Source of the DNA: Solirubrobacteraceae bacterium
GTDB taxonomy: Bacteria; Actinomycetota; Thermoleophilia; Solirubrobacterales; Solirubrobacteraceae
DNA length: 64,000 nt
Reading direction: 5' to 3'
Assembly (NCBI GenBank): GCA_035486935.1
Contig: DATHMQ010000106.1
Coordinates: 1,187-65,186, forward strand
Positions 9,576 through 17,593 of the stretch are shown here, in pieces. Under the pieces are notes generated by a model. That model was not told where the DNA came from. It did not search any database and worked only from the letters and a program-made list of their open reading frames with translations. The first letter of the stretch is position 1. Each line of letters begins with the position of its first letter. The position numbers and the translations under genes were made by a program.

Positions 9576-9654
9576 TGGGATGAGCTGACACGCCGGTTTG
9601 GGACGTGCTGACGCGCACGTTGGAATGAGCTGACGCGCACGTTGGAATGAGCTG
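9576..9654. repeat. Intergenic 22-bp tandem repeat, about 3.5 copies (TGGAATGAGCTGACGCGCACGT)
   Basis: Units start at 9576, 9599, 9621 and 9643. Confidence 0.9.
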
Positions 9655-9677
9655 CGCAGAAGCCAGGCTCGTGGCGG

Positions 9678-11300
9678 CTACAGCAACGGTTGCAGGCGGT
9701 CGCGTCCCTCGACCAGCAGTCGTCTGGCCAGTGGCCAAGCTTTGCGCCGCGGCGCGGCGACCTGCAGGGGATCGAGCGGGCGATCGGCCACCAGCTCCAG
9801 ATCGAGCTTGCCCGCAGCGCCAATGGACAACGGCCCGGTCAGGCCTGTTCCCCCTTTGAAGATCATCTGCCCTCCGCCGCCGCTGTAGCGAACTTCGTGC
9901 CAGCCGGCGCCGCCGAGCGGCTCCTGGGCAAGCACAAACAATGTGTCGATGCCCTGCGGAATATCGACCGAGACCCGGCGACCGTACATCTGCACCAGCA
10001 GCACGCCGTCAACCCCGCGCGTGGCGTAGGCCCCCCCGGCCACGCCATCGAGAGACCCCCAGCGCACCTTGCCCAAGTCGTTTATATCGGCGGCGGCCTG
10101 CTCCAGCAGGTCGAGCCCGTCGGCGAAGTCGCCGTGGTGGCCGTGGAGGATCAGCGGCTGGCCAAGCAGTGCACGGAAGACCAATTCCTCACGGGACGCA
10201 GTCAGCGCCTGGCGCGGCGCCACAGGGATTCCGCCGGCGACCAGCTCGGCGGGATGCCAGCCGGCCAGTGGCGTTGGCGCCGGCAGCCCGTCTCGCCAGG
10301 GGTAGGGCCGACTGATGCAGGCAGCCTCGAAGCCAAGCCTGAACATCGCGCGCAGCGCCGCCTCAGAGCAGACACCGTGCGGCGGCGCCATCACGCGAGC
10401 GACGCTCAGCCCGGAGGCACGCTCGAGCGTCGCGATTCGTCGCAGCGCCTGTGCCATCGCCGCCTCGGCCTGGCGGTCGCTGTTCAGCCCGGCGAGCTCG
10501 CGTGCAACGTGATCGTTGCCGTGGATCAACAGCGAGAGCGCCGCGGGATGCTCGCGTATGGTCGCCACCGCACGAGCGTTCACCCGCCAGCCATCGAGCG
10601 GTACGGTCGCGAAGGCAAGGTGATAGCCGTGGCGCGAGGCGTGCTCTGCAAGCTGGGGATACTTCAAGAACCCGTAGGAGGGCCAGTGCAGGTTGGGATC
10701 GTCGATCACAAACGCCGCGCGTGGCGCAGGTAGCTTCCAACCTTCCTCCGCAAGCAGTTGTCGGAGGAAGTGCAGCAACGGGAGCAGCCCCATAAAGGAA
10801 CCAGGGCACAGATGGTCGCGCAGTGTCTGTGCTTCGCCCAACTCGGCAAGGGGATAGAGGCTGCACTGCAGCCCGCCATCGCCGGATTGCCACCAGACCG
10901 CCCGTTCCTCGACGCGAGCAAGCACGTCCCGGTCGCTGTGCGGAGTAAGCGTCAGTTCGCCGACGCGTGCGTGCTCTGCAATCTTGCGTTTACGCAAGGG
11001 CCTCGCCAAGCGCCCGTCATCGGCCAGTGCCACAGCGGATGAGGGGGCGCGTCGCTCAGCCGCTGCGAGGACCAGCCGCGGCAGGTGCTCGGGCGCCTCG
11101 TCCAGGCGCTCCGGATCGAGCACAAGCACGCCATCGGCGGCGCGTGCATCGCCAGTTCCGCCCAGCTCGAAGCGGACAGGAAAAACACGCTCGAGCCAGC
11201 CAAGTAGTGTGGGCAGGGCATCGGCCTGCGCCCCGATCACAGCAACCCGCTTGTGCGGCTGTTCGAACTCGAGCGCCGCGTCGCTATGAAAGCCGGTCAA
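9678..11300 (-). CDS. Hypothetical protein with a deacetylase-like (CE4/NodB-type) metal-binding domain
   Basis: TTG start with GAGGAG RBS; IDDP...HGNDH...PPHG motif order. Confidence 0.65.
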   Translation of the reverse strand: MTGFHSDAALEFEQPHKRVAVIGAQADALPTLLGWLERVFPVRFELGGTGDARAADGVLVLDPERLDEAPEHLPRLVLAAAERRAPSSAVALADDGRLARPLRKRKIAEHARVGELTLTPHSDRDVLARVEERAVWWQSGDGGLQCSLYPLAELGEAQTLRDHLCPGSFMGLLPLLHFLRQLLAEEGWKLPAPRAAFVIDDPNLHWPSYGFLKYPQLAEHASRHGYHLAFATVPLDGWRVNARAVATIREHPAALSLLIHGNDHVARELAGLNSDRQAEAAMAQALRRIATLERASGLSVARVMAPPHGVCSEAALRAMFRLGFEAACISRPYPWRDGLPAPTPLAGWHPAELVAGGIPVAPRQALTASREELVFRALLGQPLILHGHHGDFADGLDLLEQAAADINDLGKVRWGSLDGVAGGAYATRGVDGVLLVQMYGRRVSVDIPQGIDTLFVLAQEPLGGAGWHEVRYSGGGGQMIFKGGTGLTGPLSIGAAGKLDLELVADRPLDPLQVAAPRRKAWPLARRLLVEGRDRLQPLL

Positions 11301-11321
11301 GCGGCTCCTCGTTTATCTCTC

Positions 11322-12521
11322 ATGGTCGGTCAGCAATCATTCGCGGCAAGCAACGGTAGGCGCTCAGTATCTCAGCGCGTCGTGATCCTGCTTGAGAACT
11401 TCACATATCCGCAGGACACGCGCGTGCGCAACGAGGCCGAGTCGCTGGCCAGTGCCGGCCACCAGGTCACCGTGCTGGCCCCGCGTGGCCCAGGTCAAAG
11501 CGCCGGTGAGCGGATCGAGGGCGTCGAGGTGCGGCGCTATCGCATCGTGTGGGCGGAGGGCTCGCCGTGGTCATATCTCCTGGAGTACGGAATCGCCCAC
11601 GCCCAGCTGCTGGCACGCTCGCTGGTAGCGCTTGTACGTGGGGCGGATGTCCTGCATTTCAACGGACCTCCGGACACGCTGGCCATCGCCGGCCTGCTCG
11701 CAAGGCTTGCGGGCCGCAAGGTCGTCTATGACATGCACGACTCCGCGCCGGAGCTGTTCGACGCCAAGTTTGGCTCCTCAACCTTGGTACGGGCTCTGCG
11801 CCTGGCGCAAAAGGCGGCAATCCGCTGTGCCGACCAGGTGATCGTCACCAACGAGACCCAGCGTCAGCTGGTGATAGCCCGCGGGCCACGATCCCCGGAG
11901 GATGTAACGGTCGTGCGCAACGGTCCGCGCATCAGCGAGTTCCCCGATCCGCCACAGGGACTTGCGGGCTCGCTGACGGCACCGAAGCTCGTCTACGTCG
12001 GCACGCTGGACGTGCAGGACGGGGTGCTCGAGCTACCCGAGATCCTGAGTACGGCTGGGCTGCGGGCAGCACATCTGACGATCGTCGGCAAAGGCACCGC
12101 TTTGGAGGAGCTGCAGGTGCGCTGTCGTCGAGCCGGAGTCGAGGACCGCGTCACCTTCACAGGCCACGTGCCCCACGAGCAGGTAGCCGCGCTGATCGCC
12201 GAGGCCGACATCGGCATCGACCCGGCCCCGGGCACCGAGCTGAACCACGGCTCGACGATGATCAAGGTGGCCGAGTACATGGGCTGCGGACGGCCGGTGG
12301 TGGCCTATGACCTGCGCGAGACGCGCCGCACCGCAGGCGATGCGGCGCTATATGCCCCTTGCGGAGAGCCAAGAGCGTTTGTAGATCTGATCGGGGAACT
12401 CGCAAGCGACGGCGAGCGCAGGCTGCGCCTCGGGCGCATCGCGCGTGAGCGAGCAATGGAGCTGACCTGGGACCGCTCCGAGCTTGCTCTGCGCGAGGTC
12501 TATCAGCGCCTCGCTCGCTAG
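11322..12521 (+). CDS. Glycosyltransferase family 4 (start uncertain)
   Basis: PQDTRVRNEAESL, YDMHD..PE, YVGTLDVQDG and KVAEYMGCGRPVV motifs. Confidence 0.9.
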   Translation: MVGQQSFAASNGRRSVSQRVVILLENFTYPQDTRVRNEAESLASAGHQVTVLAPRGPGQSAGERIEGVEVRRYRIVWAEGSPWSYLLEYGIAHAQLLARSLVALVRGADVLHFNGPPDTLAIAGLLARLAGRKVVYDMHDSAPELFDAKFGSSTLVRALRLAQKAAIRCADQVIVTNETQRQLVIARGPRSPEDVTVVRNGPRISEFPDPPQGLAGSLTAPKLVYVGTLDVQDGVLELPEILSTAGLRAAHLTIVGKGTALEELQVRCRRAGVEDRVTFTGHVPHEQVAALIAEADIGIDPAPGTELNHGSTMIKVAEYMGCGRPVVAYDLRETRRTAGDAALYAPCGEPRAFVDLIGELASDGERRLRLGRIARERAMELTWDRSELALREVYQRLAR

Positions 12522-13471
12522 GCTTTGCGCGCGAACGGAGGCTCGCTCGTGCCCAGCACGACCCCAAGCGCCCGCCGCTCGACGACGGCTCGGGGGGCCC
12601 ATCGCGGTCGCAGCTTGCCGGCGGCGACGGCAAAGCTCGCACGCAGCCCATGGCGCAAGGCAAGCGCAGCCTTGATCGCGGTGGCGTGGACTCGCCCATA
12701 GTGCTTGCGAGCGAACAGAATCTTCGCGTAGCTGAGCTGGGCCGAGAGGTCGGCCCCAGGAGCGTGCCCGGTGTGGTGGATGATGCTCATCGTCGGTAGG
12801 TGGGCGACCTTCCAGCCAGCCTGGTGGAAGCGATAGCACCAGTCGGTCTCCTCGGAGTACAGAAAGAAGCGCTCGTCGAGCCCACCGACTTGGGCGCTTG
12901 CCTCCGCGCGAGCGATCAGGAAGGCCCCGACCAGCCAGTCCACCGAGGACTCCTGACGGTAGCGTGAAGCGTTGGACTCCTCCTCGCGCCAGCCGCGCAG
13001 CGGACCAAAGCGTGCCGCGCCAAGCGCCTCGCCGAGCGACAGCCAGGCCGAGGGAAAGCGTCGGATCGAATATTGCAGCGACCCGTCGGGGGCGTTCTGC
13101 ACGACGCTCGCGACGCCGATCTCCGGCTGTGCGTCGAGCGTGGCCACGAGCTCGTCGTAGCTGCCGGCTATCGTCTCCACGTCGGGATTGAGCAGCAACA
13201 CGTAGCGCCCGCGCGCGCGCGCAAGGCCAAGGTTGTTGGCCGCGGCAAAGCCGATATTGGGCTCACGCTGCACGTGCATGTCGGGGTAGGTGTCTTCGAT
13301 CGCCTGCGGTGTGCCGTCGCTGGAGCCGCTGTCGATCAGTAGCCACTCGACCGTGATCTCGCTGATCGCGGTCAGGGCGGAGCGCAGCGTCATCAGCGCC
13401 AGCTCGGCCCGGTTGTGAGTCACCACGATCACGCTGAGGTCGGGACGATCGGTGGTATCGCTCGGGCTCAT
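12518..13471 (-). CDS. Glycosyltransferase family 2 (WbbL/rhamnosyltransferase-like)
   Basis: NIGFAAANNLG, LLLNPD and GGLDERFFLYSEETDWC motifs. Confidence 0.92.
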   Translation of the reverse strand: MSPSDTTDRPDLSVIVVTHNRAELALMTLRSALTAISEITVEWLLIDSGSSDGTPQAIEDTYPDMHVQREPNIGFAAANNLGLARARGRYVLLLNPDVETIAGSYDELVATLDAQPEIGVASVVQNAPDGSLQYSIRRFPSAWLSLGEALGAARFGPLRGWREEESNASRYRQESSVDWLVGAFLIARAEASAQVGGLDERFFLYSEETDWCYRFHQAGWKVAHLPTMSIIHHTGHAPGADLSAQLSYAKILFARKHYGRVHATAIKAALALRHGLRASFAVAAGKLRPRWAPRAVVERRALGVVLGTSEPPFARKA

Positions 13472-13773
13472 TCACCAAAAGCAACGGACCTGCCCGACGT
13501 TTCTCGCGTCGGGCGGTCTGTCGGGCCTGCGTGGGAGCAGGGGAGCGCGAGCTTCGCTCCACCCCAGCGCCCGCCCAGATGAGGAAGTTCTCGTGCCGCA
13601 AAAAACAGCGTGGTGTGATCGTTGCTTGCAGTGAGGACCACAAGCGACCGGCCTAGTGATGCGGCTTTATACGGTCGCCGAGGCTGTCAAACAAAGCGGC
13701 ACAGTGACATGGTCCTCTGAATTGCCCACGGTGGGCTGTAGAGGTACGTAACCAAGCAGGAAGGACAGGCCAG

Positions 13774-14640
13774 ATGGAGTTTGCGCTGATATTGCGAGAG
13801 CTGTCCCGACGCCGCGCGGCGCTCGGCATCGGCGTAGTCGTAGCTTTGATCGCCGCGATTTTCAGCGTCTACCGCCTGACGTCCACAGGACTCGCAGCAC
13901 GCTCGCTGCAGTATTCGAGCGCCAGCACGCAGGTGTTCGTGGATACGCCCTCGTCGGTCCTTGGCGATCTGCAGCCCTCTTTCGAACCGCTGCAAGCACG
14001 CGCGACTGTCTATGCAAACTTCATGGCGAGCCCGACATTCCTCGCCTTGGTCGGCGAAAAGTCCGGAATCCCCGGCAGCCAGATCTACGCCGCCGGCCCA
14101 GTCGATCCGTCCGTGCCGCGTGTGGTCGAGGAGCCGACGGCCGTGCAACGCAACGTGGAGATAACTGGGGAATCCACCCCATACCGATTGAATTTCAACG
14201 ACGATCCCAACCTTCCGACGATCGGTATCTACGCGCAAGCGCCCAACACCCGCCAGGCAATGGCGCTCGCCAACGCTTCGGCCGCGGCTCTCGGGCAGTA
14301 TGTGGCGACGCTCGCGAAAACCGGCAATACGCCGCCCGCACAGCGAGTCGTGATCCGTCAGCTGGGTAGTGCCAGCGGCGGGGTAGTCGACGGCGGCATC
14401 AGCAAGTCGATCGCGTTCCTGACGTTCGTCGTCGCCTTCTTCCTGTGGTGTGTCCTGGTGCTGGTCGGTGGGCGCTTCGTGGAGAGCTGGCGTGCGACAG
14501 CCGACATTTATGACGCTCGGCGCGCTTCTGCCAAAGGTGAGAGCTCGAGCCCAAGCACGAATGGCGCGGCTCACGGCGACGAGCAGGCCGCGGAGGCAAC
14601 GCTGGCTGCGCTGCGTTCGCCCTCACAACACAGACAGTGA
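13774..14640 (+). CDS. Wzz-like chain-length determinant / polysaccharide co-polymerase
   Basis: Two TM helices flanking a soluble region, YSSASTQVFVD motif after TM1, directly upstream of a Wzy-like gene. Confidence 0.65.
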   Translation: MEFALILRELSRRRAALGIGVVVALIAAIFSVYRLTSTGLAARSLQYSSASTQVFVDTPSSVLGDLQPSFEPLQARATVYANFMASPTFLALVGEKSGIPGSQIYAAGPVDPSVPRVVEEPTAVQRNVEITGESTPYRLNFNDDPNLPTIGIYAQAPNTRQAMALANASAAALGQYVATLAKTGNTPPAQRVVIRQLGSASGGVVDGGISKSIAFLTFVVAFFLWCVLVLVGGRFVESWRATADIYDARRASAKGESSSPSTNGAAHGDEQAAEATLAALRSPSQHRQ

Positions 14641-14659
14641 GTAGGGAGGCCTTGGGCCG

Positions 14660-16159
14660 ATGAGCGGCGAGGACGACCAGCACGACGCTTTCCCGCACAC
14701 ACGCCGTCCGCTGCCGTGGGTGCTGGCAGCGTTCCTGGCGATGCTGTTCGTCGTCCCGGTGGACTCCACCGAACTGAAGCTCAGCCTCCCAGTCGGCTCG
14801 GACATCGACCGCTTCGCGATCGTGGGCATGGTCCTGGCCTGGATCGTCTTCGGTGGCGACCAGCGCGCCTTCCTACGTACGCGGCGCTCAAAGCTGTATG
14901 CCGGCGCAGTATGCGTATTCCTGGGATTGGCTATCGCAAGTGTCCTGCTCGGCGCCGGTCGGATCCTCAACGTCGGCGAGTTCAGCCTGGCGGAGAAGCG
15001 CTTCGGTCTGCTCGGCGCGTTCCTTGTGCTCTCGTGGTTCACGCTCACGGCATTGCGTTTTGAGGATTTGCGTGGCTTCTCGACTTATCTGATCGGGCTG
15101 GCCACGTTCATGGCGGTGGGAATGTTGGTCGAGCGTCACACCGGCTACAACATCTTCTACAACTGGAGCGCCAAGGTCCTCGACCCGATCGCCAAAGTCG
15201 CTCCATCTCCGACCGACATCCACCCGGCCTATGGCACCGACGGTCGTGTAACTGTCGTCGGGCCGACGATTCACGGGCTCGCCGCCACGACGATGCTCGT
15301 GCTGGTGATGCCGTTCGCGCTGGTGCGGATGTTCGACGCCAAATCGCGAAGGTCGTGGTGGCTAAACGGGCTTGCATTCATACTGATGCTGGCCGCTGCG
15401 GCCGCCACCGATCGCAAGACGGCGCTGTTGGTGCCGGTCGCGCTGGTGCTCTACATCGCTTGCTATCGCCCGCGCCAGGTACTGAAGCTTGCGCCGATTG
15501 GTCTCGTCGTGCTCGTCGGTCTGGTGCACTTCGCATCCCCAGGCGCGCTGGGCACGATCTTCACGCCGACGGCAGGCTTTCAAAGCAGCTCCACAGAACA
15601 TCGCCTGGGAGACTTCACCGATGTCACACCGGACGTATACGCGCATCCGCTGTTCGGGCGCGGCTTCGGCACGCTTGACTCCGACCTGGAGACCCAATTC
15701 CGCATCAACGACGACGAGTACATTGATGAGATCTGGCAGGTCGGCATCTTCGGCCTGTTCGCCTACATCTTCATGATCTTGGCGCCGGCATTCACGGCAC
15801 GAAGAGCGATTCGTGGTCGAGATCCGAACGTAGCGTCGCTTGCGCTGGCAACCTCGGCAGGCTGTATCGCCTACTTGGTCGTGAGCGCCCTGTTCGACGC
15901 CTTCTCGTTCCCGCAGGCTCCGTACATGTTCTTCTTCATCGCCGCGTTGACGGTCATAGCCTCGGCGGGCCCGGAGGGCAATGTTCAACCGTTGCGCGAG
16001 CGCGTGCGGGGAATCGTCATACGCCCCGGCAGGGGCCCCAAGCTCGGCATTCGGCGCATTCCGCTTGTGAGCGGCTGGCTGTTGGTCCGCGAACCCGATC
16101 TGGTCTCCCCCTCCGAGGAGGCCTACGCCCAGAGCGGGTCCGCCGACCGAGCCAGCTGA
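14660..16159 (+). CDS. O-antigen ligase/polymerase (Wzy_C-type) membrane protein
   Basis: Multiple TM helices; TDRKTA, HPLFGRGFGT and DDEY...GIFGL motifs. Confidence 0.8.
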   Translation: MSGEDDQHDAFPHTRRPLPWVLAAFLAMLFVVPVDSTELKLSLPVGSDIDRFAIVGMVLAWIVFGGDQRAFLRTRRSKLYAGAVCVFLGLAIASVLLGAGRILNVGEFSLAEKRFGLLGAFLVLSWFTLTALRFEDLRGFSTYLIGLATFMAVGMLVERHTGYNIFYNWSAKVLDPIAKVAPSPTDIHPAYGTDGRVTVVGPTIHGLAATTMLVLVMPFALVRMFDAKSRRSWWLNGLAFILMLAAAAATDRKTALLVPVALVLYIACYRPRQVLKLAPIGLVVLVGLVHFASPGALGTIFTPTAGFQSSSTEHRLGDFTDVTPDVYAHPLFGRGFGTLDSDLETQFRINDDEYIDEIWQVGIFGLFAYIFMILAPAFTARRAIRGRDPNVASLALATSAGCIAYLVVSALFDAFSFPQAPYMFFFIAALTVIASAGPEGNVQPLRERVRGIVIRPGRGPKLGIRRIPLVSGWLLVREPDLVSPSEEAYAQSGSADRAS

Positions 16160-16171
16160 CGCGGCACGAGC

Positions 16172-16459
16172 TCAGAGCTTGTCGACGGCGCGGTGTAGGT
16201 CACGCCGGTCGATGACTCGTGCCACCAGATAGCGAGCGTTGGCTGCGTCGGTGAGTTCGCGGTAGAGCACGCGATGCTCACCGACGCGCAAACGACGCCA
16301 AGGGGCATGTCCGGACACTGGCTTGATGTCGAGATTCGCTGCGTCTGTCCCCAAAGCTTCAAATGCCCGCTGCACCCGCTTGCGGGTCTTGTGGTCCAGG
16401 TGCTTCAGGTCTCGGATAGCGCGCGGAGCGAGCTCGATGTTGCTGAGCGGGTCCGCCAT
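16172..16459 (-). CDS. RelE/ParE-family toxin
   Basis: 95 aa; IELAPRAIRDLKHL...WRRLRVGEHRVLY...VARVIDRRDL. Confidence 0.9.
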   Translation of the reverse strand: MADPLSNIELAPRAIRDLKHLDHKTRKRVQRAFEALGTDAANLDIKPVSGHAPWRRLRVGEHRVLYRELTDAANARYLVARVIDRRDLHRAVDKL

Positions 16460-16490
16460 CTATGACGACCAGGCTTCCTGTAGGTAGGCG

Positions 16491-16766
16491 CTATCGTTCA
16501 GTGTCCTGCGCGTCCAGTTCGGCAAACACGTCAGCAGCTGGGCGTGCTTCGCCATTCGCATGAGCCTGATCGGCGGCAGCCATGTCCTCGGCGAAACCTG
16601 GGACCTTCGAGAGCAGGTAATCCTCAAGATCCTGCGCGTCGATCGGCACCAGTGCAGCAATGGGCTCACCGTGTCGTGTGACGAGAGCGGTGTGCTTGGA
16701 ATCGGCAACGTCAGCGACGACGCCACTTGTGTTGCGCTGTAGATCACGGATGCTGATAGTGCTCAT
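16491..16766 (-). CDS. Phd/YefM-family antitoxin
   Basis: MSTISIRDLQRNTSGVV...VTRHGEPIAALVPI with acidic C-terminus; GAGG RBS; upstream of the toxin. Confidence 0.9.
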   Translation of the reverse strand: MSTISIRDLQRNTSGVVADVADSKHTALVTRHGEPIAALVPIDAQDLEDYLLSKVPGFAEDMAAADQAHANGEARPAADVFAELDAQDTER

Positions 16767-16795
16767 CGGATATCCTCGACATTCCTGGGGAAGGA

Positions 16796-16833
16796 TGTCC
16801 GACAAGTATACGTACATTAGGTGCGGACAACAA
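16796..16833 (-). promoter_or_regulatory. Sigma70-type promoter of the TA operon with overlapping inverted-repeat operator
   Basis: Minus strand TTGTTG-17 nt-TATACT (16833-16805); TGTCCG (16796-16801) / CGGACA (16824-16829) inverted repeat. Confidence 0.6.
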
Positions 16834-16846
16834 GTCCCCTGAGGGC

Positions 16847-17593
16847 TTACCCCAAACGCCCGAGTGCCTTGCTGGCAAACGAGGCGGCGATCGGGCAGGG
16901 CGCCACGACGCTGAGGAAGCGCCCGGCGCTCAATGGAACGATCAACGTCGGTGTACCAGCCACGCCACAGTAGGCGCTGTGGCCGGCGATGCTCAGCGTG
17001 ATCCGGTCATGCAGCTGCGATTGCGGCTTGACCGTCGAGAAGTGCAGGGCCTGCACCGCAAGCGTGACCGGAGCCTTAGCGCCTTGGACGCTATAGATAC
17101 AGGTCGGTCCTTGGGGCGCGTCCACCGGTTCGCCGACGGGCTTGCCGACGATCGTCTGGGCTTCGTCGCGCGTGACAAGCGTGCAGGGATCAAGCGTCTT
17201 TGCGCCAGAGGCGTTGACCTCGTCGTCGACGCTGCCCGAAGGTTGGCGCGCCTTGAAGGGACTGCTCTGGCTGGGGATGATCTTGCCGGCACCAAGCGCC
17301 CGTGGCGCAGGATGGACGTCGCGCGCCGTCTGCACGGGCACATGCCCGTTATCCGCCGAAGCGGAGCCGGTCGTGTTCGAGGAGCTGTTGGTCGAAGAGC
17401 CGCCGCAGGCGCTCAACAGCAGCGCAGCCGCCGTGGCAAACAATGCGCCTGTTCCCGCCCGGGCAAGGCGGCTGTCAGGGGCGAGGTGGCTGCCACGAGC
17501 CCCAAGGCGCGCAGCTTCGGCATGAAGCTGAGTCGGGTGGCCCTGCGTATCAGCACACTCTCCGGGACGCTCAGCGCCTGGGCTCATATTCAC
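16847..17593 (-). CDS. Putative lipoprotein (DUF3558-like)
   Basis: Lipobox LLSAC followed by Ser/Thr linker; LDPCTLVTRDEA...CIY motif; GTGA overlap with upstream gene. Confidence 0.7.
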   Translation of the reverse strand: MNMSPGAERPGECADTQGHPTQLHAEAARLGARGSHLAPDSRLARAGTGALFATAAALLLSACGGSSTNSSSNTTGSASADNGHVPVQTARDVHPAPRALGAGKIIPSQSSPFKARQPSGSVDDEVNASGAKTLDPCTLVTRDEAQTIVGKPVGEPVDAPQGPTCIYSVQGAKAPVTLAVQALHFSTVKPQSQLHDRITLSIAGHSAYCGVAGTPTLIVPLSAGRFLSVVAPCPIAASFASKALGRLG

